Part shown: positions 24,225-35,600 of the stretch, one piece after another
Position numbering within the stretch: the stretch's first letter is position 1
How the letters are laid out: each line of letters starts with the position of its first letter
Origin: Lingula anatina
Lineage: Eukaryota; Animalia; Brachiopoda
DNA length: 64,000 nucleotides
Assembly: GCA_051362555.1 (NCBI GenBank)
Contig: CM120643.1
Coordinates: 8,928,001-8,992,000 of the forward strand
Direction: 5' to 3'
Notes under the pieces: model-generated
Seen by the model: the letters and a program-made list of their open reading frames with translations, nothing else
Told to the model about the DNA's origin: nothing
Database searches by the model: none
Translations under genes and position numbers: made by a program

Positions 24225-25924
24225 ATGGCCAAAGTAGCGAAATCAGGAGTAGGTGTTTATTGTTGTGTATTTATGTTATTTTAAGAAAGATCACACTCAA
24301 AACACGGATATATCGCTACCTTATGGCTATAAGATTCTTAAAAAGACAGAATGAATCGTGCTTTTAGTCTTTTTTGAGAGATATATTCTTGCATTTTTAG
24401 GCGCCTCTTAGGCGTGCTCTGCAATATCTGCATCATGTGCTTGGCAACAAAAGTGTAAACCCACATAGCTTTTATTACTACTCTCAGTTTATATCTGAGG
24501 ATCAGAAGCTTATACTCTTGATAGTTGGGGTTAAGAACGTTTGTATGTATCATATCATTATGAGTGGATTTTATGTATTTATTAATCACATGTGATAATG
24601 TTTGGGAAATGATGTGATACAGTTTATGGTAAAACCTGTCTTATTGCTCATTTTTGCAGGAGGACGTCAATGTTACATATGAAGATCAACAAAAGATAAA
24701 TAAATTTGCAAGACATAATGCAAGAATGCAGGATCTGAAAGAAGAACTAGAGGCAAAGAAGGTGATAATGGATTGCACACTTACATTTTTCAGAGATGTC
24801 ACTACTCAGAATAAATAAAAGAAAATTATATAAGTAAATAGATTACTTTATTAATGACAAAACAGCAATCTTGTTCACAAAAGAATCTCTGTTGTTTCTA
24901 AAGTGTACAGTCTGATAATAAGAGCCAGAAAGTTTGACAGTGTGCAAGATATCCCATCTGGTACTTTCAAATCAAATTCTTCAGAAAATAATGATTCAGA
25001 AAAAAAAAGAACAACTTCTTTTTACAAGTATTTGCCACCTGTTGTCTGTTACAGTATTTTTTGTAAAACTACTTCATTTTTACTCTAGTGAAATTGTTAA
25101 GATTTTAGTGATAATGAATTTTTTATCTAGTTTTAATATTGTGTGTTTTAAAGCATGCCTTTAAACCTCAACTTTTAGAAGGAACTTCAGAATCTCCAGG
25201 ATGCAGCTGATGAACTTCTGATGCTGGAAGATGAAGAATCCATACCATATCCTTTCACAAACTTAGCACAATTAAAATATCTTTATCTAACAGAAGTATT
25301 TCTTTTTTGAGAAGGGCAGGGATTATGATAGAGAGAGAGGACACTGTTTCAAAAACCCAAATTCAAGAATACAAAGATGCATTGCAGTCTTGTTACTGAT
25401 TAACAAAAAAAGTATGAAATGTTTAAATTTTACTGAACAGTTCAGCCCTGTGTATTTTATATTGGAAATTTTATTTTCAAAATTTTGTAATGCTGACCAA
25501 CTAAAGGATTTTAATCACAACAACACTAAGCAGCAACTTGCAGCAATTGCTTCTTATAATTTAATTTTTCAAGATAGGCCAGTAATTGGCTAACTTACAA
25601 TCAACTAGATTTTGAAGTAATTAATCATGATGAGAATAGATCTAACTTGATGAAGGTCAGAACTCTCTGAGTGATTTTTCTCAGTCCCTATATTTCCCTT
25701 AACCCACGTGCACATACCAGATTGGTGAAGTATTCTTCAGTGTGTCTGCAGATGAAACCAATGAAATGCTGGAGAGAAGGAAGGAGGAACTGGAGGAACA
25801 GACCAAGAGTATAGAGCAGCAAGTCAATGAACATAAGCAAGTGCTCTCGGACTTGAAAGTACATTTGTATGCCAAATTTGGTAACAATATTAATTTAGAA
25901 GCAGAAGAACAAGCAGAGCCTTGA
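24225..25924 (+). CDS. PFDN4: Prefoldin subunit 4, 4 exons, 134 aa
   Basis: Exons 24225-24248, 24660-24761, 25179-25246 and 25714-25924 (405 nt). Translation: EDVNVTYEDQQKINKFARHNAR...KELQNLQDAADELLM...IPYQIGEVF...LSDLKVHLYAKFGNNINLEAE. Confidence 0.95.
25247..25713 (+). other. U12-type (minor spliceosome) AT-AC intron
   Basis: 5' site ATATCCTTT, branch point CCTTAAC at 25697-25703 and 3' end CAC. Removing it restores the conserved IPYQIG. Confidence 0.93.
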
Positions 25925-26522
25925 AAGTGACTTATAGCTGTGACACTGGGAGTTTTTTTTTTTTTTTTTTTTTTTTTTTGATATGATGACTATTAGAGCT
26001 ATCTGTGTGAAGTGTGTGTGTTTTGTTGAAAATCTAAGTCGAACAAGGTTGGGACACTACTTGTAAATCATAATTGGAGGCTTAGGTATAAAAATAGATG
26101 CCTGTTGAGATACTGAGAATGATGCATCATGATGAAGCAAGTAATAAAATGATAGCTAAGAAAATAAATGTCCCACATTTTTCAGGAGAACCAGATTTTT
26201 ATACTTAAAAATGTTTTCCGACTTCAACAAAAAATAAAAATTAGTAGTACTTTGTACAAAGAATATTTCTCTGAGTTTGAGTGTGCCCACTTATAGTAAG
26301 TGACGCCTCACCTGAAATAATCTGAACATAGACTGAAAAACTTAGTAGTAGAATTAAATGGGGATAATTATGAAAAGTGGTGTTACGTTCACACATATAT
26401 TGTTGCCCTTTAAAAGATAGGCAAGGTAATATATAAGTTCTAAACGGGCTGTCAGCGCCTTTATTTTCGATTCATTTCCAAGTTATCATGAAATTGGAAA
26501 AATGCACTTTGTGTATTTGTAC

Positions 26523-26603
26523 AACTTCAAAATCTCCAGGATGCAGCTGATGAACTTCTGATGCTGGAAGATGAAGAATCCATACCATATCCTTTCACAA
26601 ACT
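26523..26603 (+). pseudogene. 81-bp near-exact duplicate of PFDN4 exon 3 plus its U12 donor
   Basis: Matches 25183-25263 with one mismatch seen. Confidence 0.9.
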
Positions 26604-26605
26604 AA

Positions 26606-27705
26606 GGCCACACTTTTTTAATTTTATGGATGACATCCTGCGCGCGCACCGATTTTCATCCGTTCTCCAAAAAAAAAAAAAAAAATATCCCCCCCCCCCA
26701 AGGAAGTCGGTTGTCGCAAACGTCGTTATTGAATTTGCCGGAAAATGCAATCGGCAATCCTCGGCTAATTCCGCAAGCTCCATGCTGTCATTGTCGACTG
26801 CGGAGACATCCGAGTAGTTCCGAGTGCGGAAAATGAGCTTTCTGCGCATGCGTATTATCACCACGTGGAAATATGGCCGCTTTGCCGTCAAATTCATCTC
26901 TAGCATTAATTTCAAAATACACGACAATTAAAGTCATAAAGGGAACGGGGGCCGTCGTTTTGGATTGGTTTGCCATTGATATTGGACATGGAGATATCAC
27001 CTTTTTACAATTATACGAAAGGCTGGCCGCGGCCAGCGATCATTGCCCGGAAAATTTCAGTGACATTCTGTCCAAAGCAGCACATAGGCTTACCAGGTTT
27101 TTTTTTTTTTTTTGTAGCGAAAAAAGGGTCGACAAGAGCGTCGTGGTATTTGGTGGACTGAAGGTCGGACAGGCCACCCAATAGTTGGCTGCTACGTGTG
27201 AGTCGAAGTAGACAAAATGGCATAGACCGAAATTACCTTTTTTAGATTTGGTAGTAGGAAGCATAGGCCTATCTTTGCTTCATTTTTTAACAATTCTGTG
27301 AAGTGTTCACAATGCTTAAATTTTCTGAGAGTACAAATAAAGACACGCTGTTTATTTGATATTTGTTTTATTGATTGCTATACCAACAGAATGCATGAAA
27401 TAACCTTAAATAGATTTGGTAATATGCAGCATATATATATATTCATGACTTTTTACCTTTCTACGAAGTAGGCCCTATTCACAATGCTTTAATATTTTGA
27501 GAGCATGGATAAAGACATGTTGTTAGTTTGATACGTGTTTTTGTGGTAAATTAGTGTTTCCAGCTGTGTACTGAAAACATAACTTTTCTTAAGCAGTTTT
27601 TTTTTTTTTTTTTTTTTTGGACTGTTTTTTTTTTTTTTTTCGCCCGGTCGCACCGATTTTGGGGTCCCCAGAGGATGTCATCCATAAAAATAAAAAAGTG
27701 TGGCC
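26606..27705. mobile_element. ~1.1-kb non-autonomous PIF/Harbinger-type element, copy 1
   Basis: TIR GGCCACACTTTTTTA(A)TTTTATGGATGACATCCT with TAA on both sides. An inverted sister copy lies at 40062-41050. Confidence 0.9.
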
Positions 27706-28021
27706 TAAAAAAAAAAACAAACAAACAAACACTTGATTGGCTTTTGAAAAAGGAAAAAAAACAACATCAGAAGGGGTATTGAACTCAACCGATTTCAGTT
27801 CGCAGTGGATTAATTATGGATGACAACGTTTCCAAAAGTGTCCGTCAACCCGGGCCGACTGACACGAAATATCACCTTTCTTGTAAACCTACCTTTTCGC
27901 GAGTGCAGAAGGTGCACGAATGGTTTTATAAAAGCTACTCAAAAATTTGTTCAATTTCGCAAACGAAATGCAAATATCGCAGCGAACCTTTCTGTTTCGT
28001 CACTGTTGCCACGCATTTTTG

Positions 28022-28084
28022 TGACGTCACAGAAGCGAAATACATCGTTTTAACTGAACCGACGTCTCGTAGTTACTAGGATAC
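28022..28084 (+). promoter_or_regulatory. Putative promoter motifs: CRE palindrome and RFX X-box-like site
   Basis: TGACGTCA at 28022-29 and GTTACTAGGATAC at 28072-84, 150-200 bp upstream of the ATG at 28229. Confidence 0.4.
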
Positions 28085-28228
28085 AAAAATGCTTTCATCA
28101 TAATAATTTCAAAATGCTGTCGTGACTTTTTCAGTTGTATTTTGTTTTAGTTCGTTTTAGTTCTGTTTTACGTAATCTCCAGGATTATTTTTTTTTTTCA
28201 AATTCTTTTTTTCGCGTCATTTACAATA

Positions 28229-30073
28229 ATGTTGGCAGGCAGGGGATCACAGACGTGGACAAATAATCGTTTTCACTTCGACCGTTTGACAGAAGTCAAA
28301 CGAAAGAAAAAGGGAAAACAAGAAAATAAGAACAAAGAGGTAACGTATACCACAAGATATTTTCCGTAAATTCCCCTAATTTAATTCAACTTAAGTAAGG
28401 CATTTTAAGATCGATTAAGAAATCGAGCAATTAGTCGTTTTTGATAACAACTTCTAATAATTTTATTTTCGAAACTGATTCTAAAAAAAAATCTGAAAAA
28501 TATTTAGGATTGACTTTCTATCGTCTAGGCTGAATATGATTTGAAAAACGAAGCAGGTGATCACGTGAACGGCTCTTCATGTTACTATGAAGACTTGCAG
28601 GGTGCACGCAATGACTCGGTTGTAAGTAATTTCTGAGTATGAAGTAAGGCAAGTTAGGCCGGTTTCTCTATCCTCTGTGACCCTTTTAACAATAAACTCC
28701 GTTATCTTCACATGACTTGATTGAAAATAAAAGTCTTATTGTATAATCTCTAATGAGGGCCTACGAAAACCCTTGCTTTTGTATGCAGCGTTAAGGCAAA
28801 GTAGGCAAATTATACATTTCTCTTGTGACTCATAATCTTACCGATTTATGCAATATTGAAAGCATATTGACAGCAATTAGCTTTTGGCGTCCAAATAAAT
28901 CGAAATGCGAGGTAACATACGGAAGTTCTCACAGTAGTTAAAAAGACTTTAACAGTCTCATTTGACCGAACGATATTTAAAAATTGATATAAGAGTTGTG
29001 TATGGATAATTTGTGTTGAATGATTATATGGACATAGTGAAATTGACATTGGTCATTCAGGAATAGGTCCCAGTACCTAGACTAGGGTAAAATATTTTGT
29101 CGCTACCCCTGCCTTTAAATGTAAACTAGGAAAAATTACCCAAATTCGGAATTGTATATAAGTAGTACAGAACCAGTACATTGCAAGTATTTGAAAAGAC
29201 GGGCACATGTTCATGCATATTACAAAACATAATGCTATTACAAAATGTTCCTGTTAAATGTTTAATGTTTCTTTAAATTCCGTGTTAATAGAGGTCTCCC
29301 GCGTCTTCTGCTCAGTCTGGATGTCACGTACGTCATCCCCGGTCCTTCACAGGGGCAAACGCACACGAGAATGGAACGTCAACTCAATCCTGTAATGTGA
29401 GTTCATTCTTTTCTTTTCTTTTTTTTCTTATTTACTGAATTATCTTATATATTCTTGCGGTTTGCAGGATCTTAGGTTGCTACAAATGTGCACTTTAGAT
29501 TATTTTCATTCTGCTTGTTTTTTTTTTTTTTTTTTTTTTTTTTGCGAAACATCAAACTTTCACCTATAGTTAGCGTACGCTTTTTTATCTTTTCCGTTTT
29601 TTTTTCCACGTAAATATAGGCCCGATTTTATTATTGTGTTATATTATTTAATATATTATCCGTATTCCATTGAATATATCGTTTTTGTCAGCAACGTTTT
29701 CATACACGAATGTACCTGCTGTTATTAAACTGCCAATAAAGGCAATTCTTTCTCCAGAAGATTTTTTCTTATTTTTTAAAATCTTTTTCATGACGATGTA
29801 TATATCTTTTTTATTGGGGGTGTCAAATAGCAGTCATATCCAAAATACAACCTATAATTATAACATTGAATCTCAAGTTTTATTTTCCTAGTAGACATCT
29901 ACTCTGAAAAAACGTCTACCTGATTCGTCCTTTATGTTTCGCAGAAACGTCCATTCCTTCGCTGGTACGAGTACCCCGGATGTGAGAAGCCCGAGGACGG
30001 GATGTCCCTCCGCCCTGGGGAAATGAAGGGAAACAGCGCGTTCGCCTTCACTCACTATTCCAGTCAGAGTTAA
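28229..30073 (+). CDS. Uncharacterised small protein, 4 exons, 145 aa
   Basis: Exons 28229-28339, 28529-28621, 29292-29396 and 29945-30073. All three introns are phase 0, with canonical sites (GTAACG, GTAAGT, GTGAGT; TAG, TAG, CAG), and there are no internal stops. AATAAA lies at ~30263. Confidence 0.72.
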
Positions 30074-30413
30074 CCGTGCCTTAGACTAAGTGTGACATTG
30101 AACTTTAATTTACTGGGATTTATATTGATGAAGCCAAGATTATTTGTGATAGTTAATTGCGTATTACAGCATTAATTTGTTACGCAAAACCTGGAGAAGA
30201 CGTAGATGTGTTTTTTATGATTTGTTTTTTTTTTTTTTCAACGCATTATCTTTACAGAACTTAATAAAAATAATGTTTTTTGTGCTTTGACCTATTTAAT
30301 AGACCTGACGCCAGTATTATACAGTTAAAGGATTATAAAATTATTAAATTGGGTAGCAAAGGATTTTATCTCTTAAGCCTCCTTGGTCAGTCTCTTTTTA
30401 ATTTATTGTGTCT

Positions 30414-30459
<46 letters not shown>

Positions 30460-32006
30460 CATGTGGAGAAATAATCAGTTGAGACATAAGAAAATATTTG
30501 AGCCGGTTTTGTTAACTTGCTTATTACGTGCAATGGATTGTCAATGACGAAAGGAGAAAAACGGAAAAGGGTTTATATTTCACTTTCAGACAAGTCGAGT
30601 AATAAGGCATAATTAATGTCCTAAAAGCCCGTTTTTTTTAAAAGCATTTATGATGGCTAATGGCTAGCTTAAAAATGCCCTTTCAAGTGTCTATCGATTC
30701 TTTGCATTACATTTAAACTGCATTGTTAGTGGATGTTGTTTGCAAGGTCGATGACAGCGGTGAGCGATGAACGACGAACTAATGACCCAGATACATCTTC
30801 GTAGATATATCTAAGTCGTTAGACAAACACAGCACAGCATACGGTTAGAATACATGATCCCAGAAAAGTGACGTTATTCTGGCGTGAGTGTCGTCATAGC
30901 GGTTACGTAACACGTGATAAGAAGGGGTCAAGCACGGTTTTGGAGTTGGAAGGCACAGCGTCAGGTGAGTTAGGCGAGCGATCAGTGCGGGACCATTATA
31001 TTTATCCGCGTCCCAGATTCATGTAGAAAACTTCATGAAGACTTCTGTACGAAGAGGTTAACGTTAAGTAACTGTACATGTAGATCGTTCCCTACATAGC
31101 AGGATTGTTCTGATCATTTTCTAGCGATAACCTGTATGGACATCACCTTAGTGGCATTCCCTTCGCGTCACAGGTCACATGTATATTTAACAGCATGGCG
31201 ACAAAAGGATTTATTCCAGGACTGACAACTGTTTATTGCTGTCAGTCCTTACCCCCACCCCTTCTCTTCAATCAGTGCCCCCCCCCCCTCCCCCCAGACA
31301 CACACACACAGACACAATCACAGAACAAACAAGACAAACCTGGATTGCGCTTTTTTTCCGTTCATTGTGTTTAGTGGACAAAAACCCTAAAGAGCTTGCA
31401 TTGACACGACGCTGTTAACTGCTGCACTTTGACATATGACATGTACGAGACGTAATTTTAAATATACTGATTACCCAGGTCTACAAACACGAAAATGCCA
31501 TTAGTTTATCAGTTCATGTAGACGTACTGTTATGAATTAGTGCATAAACCCATCTTTTTTCACTCTTTGATTTTTTTGTATTTTTTGGTCCTAAAATTGT
31601 GAAGATAAGTTTTGCTTCTGAAACCAGGGACAACAAAATTCACCTATTTCAACCTTCATTTTACAGCTAGCCGCTCAGATTATGAGCTCAATATTGTGCT
31701 CAGTCGCTGAATTAGCCTTCTCCTTCTATTTACTCAAACAAAATCACTGCGGGCCTGTTCGTAACTATTTACTCTTAACCCTGATGTTTTTGTTATAAAT
31801 ATTTATTTCAACAACATGCCACGCACACATTCTCTCAAAGATTTTTCTTTGTTTGATGAAAATATAATATTCTCTTAACCTTCGGCAGCCTACATTTATT
31901 TCCAAAAGTTCTGCATGTAATCTTTTTATTCACTAGGGCGGTCCTTTGCAGGTCTTCTGATCCCAAGGAAAACTTCACCCAAGATAATTTGTTGCAAACC
32001 AGGGAT

Positions 32007-32654
32007 ATGGGTGGAAGCGGTCAAGCCAGTTATGACGATGCTCACGACCCTAAATACGGACCTCCCCATCCTGTTCCCATAGTGACAGCCAATGAGACAT
32101 CCTTAAAAGGCTACGGAACTATTGTGACGTCATATGACGACACAGAAGTGGAGATCACGACATGGCCACAGTCCGGGTGGCGACCGATCTGCCCGGGCAC
32201 TGGGAACCAAGGGGGCATCACAGGCGGGGAGTTTACTTACCTCTGGGACGGCGACTTGTGTCTAGCCACCAACAAAGCCGTCCCCGATGGCGATTACGTC
32301 ATCGGTCGTCTCCCTGCCAACGCAGCACGTGACAAGCGAACGCACGTGTTGGTCCGAGAGGCCAACTACCACCCGGACGGGGGCCAGGTGTTTTTCCCTG
32401 AAGACGGCAGCCCATTCGTGGCCTTACTCGCTCTTCCAGGAGACGACATTGGTTTGAACGATTTCCGCGCTTTCTACTTTGATGGCAGTTTTGGGTTCCA
32501 GATTCACGCCGACATTTGGCACCAGCCCATTTACCCTGTCAACGACTCCGCCGTCTTCCTGGGCAAACAGGGAAAGGTTCATGCGTGCGTTGTAGTCGAC
32601 ACGGTTGAAGAGTTTGGAAAATATCTTCTTGTACCTCTGACGTGTGAGCAATAG
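32007..32654 (+). CDS. Ureidoglycolate lyase (AllA/cupin-like) family protein, intronless CDS, 215 aa
   Basis: Motifs A..TSLKGYG.IV, EANYHPDGGQVFFP, FRAFYFDGSFGFQIHADIWHQP parallel the AllA-family patterns T.E.F.PFG, ERHP.GSQ.F.P and AF....QG.....GVWH.P. First ATG is at 32007. A likely 5'UTR intron runs from donor CAG|GTGAGT (~30964) to acceptor CACTAG (31936). Confidence 0.75.
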   Translation: MGGSGQASYDDAHDPKYGPPHPVPIVTANETSLKGYGTIVTSYDDTEVEITTWPQSGWRPICPGTGNQGGITGGEFTYLWDGDLCLATNKAVPDGDYVIGRLPANAARDKRTHVLVREANYHPDGGQVFFPEDGSPFVALLALPGDDIGLNDFRAFYFDGSFGFQIHADIWHQPIYPVNDSAVFLGKQGKVHACVVVDTVEEFGKYLLVPLTCEQ

Positions 32655-35600
32655 CAAAAAGCTAGTACGCCTATTTCTTGTTTCTAAGGAAAACGGTCAT
32701 TTTGAAAATGAAATTGCTGCATTCTGATGAAAATTGATCTGTGTATTAATGTTACTCATAATGATGAAATTTTAAAACTTTTCAATTTCTACACTATAAA
32801 TGACAGCGTACCCGTAATTGCTGTTTATTGAAATGATTTCAAAAGACTTATTTCATTTTATTTATTTATTTATTTGTTCAATTATTATTTGCAAAATAAA
32901 AAGCCATAGAAATCAGTTGATGATAAAGACTTTTGTTTATGTCTTTATGAGGTATTGGGACATAATTATATACTTGGTCATGAAATAAGTATGAAATTAG
33001 TATGTATATAAATCCTCCAGCCTCGTTATAAATTCAATTGAGCTCATAACAACCGCAAGTTATGCGAATGACAAGAATGACAAAGGATGTCATTAAACTA
33101 ATGATCAGAAAGGAATAACTTTTTCATCATCATTATTATTATTATTATTATTATGAATCGCGAATACAATTAATGCTAATTGCCAGCGATATAACTTGAA
33201 ATCAAAGCAGCCAATGGGACTTTTTAGATTACGCACAAGCTAATTTCAAATGTTTACAAAACTTTTTGACTATACTGAAATAGAAGTGTGAGATATGAGA
33301 CAACTTTTTGTTCAACTTAAGGCGCCTTATTTCACTTGATCATTCTAAATAATAAAATTACGTAGTTTTACATTCATTGTTATTGTATAAATTTCGATCA
33401 TTTGTTTAAACTTTGCACAAGATGAAATGCAAGCAAACCCATTTTATTTGCTAGTTCGAGTGGCTCGAAATGATTCATTTGAAAAAAATTAAGAATAATC
33501 CGATAGTCTGGCTGATTAAACAACGCGTGCGCGAACGCACGCTTACACGCACATACAGCAGCAGCACTTCTCAAAAGGACATAAGGATACGGCTGGTTAA
33601 CCACTACTACTCACGCTTCTTTCTTTTGTGTGTGTGTGAGTGCGTGTGCATGCGTGAGCGCGCATGAGTGTGTGTGTGTGTGTGTGTGTTTAGCTTATTT
33701 AACCCTGGGTACGGACATATATTCCCTCTACCAGGATTGCAGATAATGATGTACACTTTTCTCTGACTCTCACAGTGCAGAGAGTAACCATCTATTTACC
33801 CAGAGACATATCTGTGAATATGTAGTGAAAAAAATCAATCTGTGGCCCTGGTAGAAGGTAGGGTACAGATACCCTTTTGTACTCTATATAAATAGCATCG
33901 CGCTATACTGTTAGCTGATAACCCGGTTTTTGCTAGGTAAACATTGCCCCCGTTACACAACGTTACTGCTGCTTACGTGGCACTTGTTATCAATATCATA
34001 GAAGTAGCTTCTATGTCAATATGTTGCAGGATAAAGTAAAAAAAAAGTTTGCATGACTTTGCACAATAGGTATCGGCGCTTAAAACACCGGTTTTATTGA
34101 ACTTGATACAAATCCACATAACAAAAGTAAAACAGAAGAAAGATGTAAAATATGAAAATGCAGGTCTGTAAAAAAAATGGCACATTTATTTTGTATTCAA
34201 GTATCAAAATTAACATCATTGAGTAATATATGGATGGGCTTCAGCTGACGTTTAAAAAATGAAACAAAGATTAAATACAAAAATGAAAAAGATCTTGAAT
34301 CGTGCTGAATATATTTTAACGGACCCCTTACCTTGTTTGTATTACTCACTCACCATTGAATGTCACACTATTTATAGACGAGAACAAAAGGGCATCGCAG
34401 TACCGGCACATGATTCTGAGTAAGGCACGTCGAATAGACTTATTCAGGATTATTAGAGAATAACGCATTGTCACATGAGCGTGAACTTAGCTTACTTTGT
34501 GAAATACTTCCTGGTACTTGCAATTCATTAAATGGGGTAATTGTTGGGTAATTAATAAAGTTTGCATTGTTCTCAAATGAATTGCGTTTGCGTTTGGTTG
34601 CACATGGAATTTTCTGCTAGCCTCTAAAATAATAATAATAATAATAAAAGATAACCAAAATTATAAATATATTATATATAATTATAATATTTATGTAATT
34701 TTCCCCAACTAATCGGTGTAAAATATCCAGTTTAATCCAAATCTATAATCCAAATCGGTCCAATTGGATCAGTTTGACCTTGGTTAGCTGCAAGGAATTG
34801 TGGGAGCCTCCTCAATGTTAGTAAACAGAGCGCTTCCCTGGACGCGAACGGGCATACGTGGTGCGCGGCACGTCCAACTACGCTACGTTCTGGCGGACGC
34901 AATCTAGGTCTTGGCCGTTAAGGCGACCTTCCCCTTGTCTCAAGCGACGTCACCCTTGAACGCTGTCTTCTACCTGAAAGGGAAAACGTTGTGAAAAACT
35001 GATCGGCAGATCGGTATGTATACAGGCGTACCCTAGCTGTCATTAACGTTTTTTATACTCCCTCTTACGTCTATCATTTAACATAAAAATCATCGATCGA
35101 TATGAGTGGATGTAAAATTATTCTTAATCACACGTCATATGGATCAATATGATATTCATATACTACCCTGAAATGAATACAGATGAAGTTTCACACCGTT
35201 CGACCTTTTCGTTTCGTTTTTCATTTATGCCGACATCGATTTTTTTTCGTATTCGCTACAGCACCAGATTAACCTGAAATGGTCTGACACAATCCGTAAC
35301 TGCGCACATTCCCTTACAGATCAGAAAAGAAAATTAAATCAAGATAAGGGCAAATGCTGTATATGAGAGGGATATTGGGAGTACACAGCTTGATCTTTGT
35401 CTTTAAATGTATCGAAATTGGTAATAAATGCATTCAAATTGGTCGAATTTTATCGACAGATGCTAACCTATTTCTCTCAGCAGCGTCCTCGTTTCACCTC
35501 AAACATTATGATAAGCAGTGCGCACTGATAAACATAATTAATTTAGAAAATACGATTTTTCGGTCAGTCTGGGGACGTGGTATTTGATATGCAAATGAAA

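Noticed and set aside
26595-27264. Cluster of short ORFs suggesting a transposase
   Set aside because: No DDE or Myb motifs, and the frames are not preserved in the sister copy at 40062-41050.
31989-32006. TTG start given in the ORF track for the ureidoglycolate-lyase-like gene
   Set aside because: In a eukaryotic context the first ATG at 32007 is the more plausible start.
33724-33858. Possible additional small MITE (CTACCAGG...CCTGGTAG)
   Set aside because: The inverted repeat is short and imperfect and I could not define a TSD.
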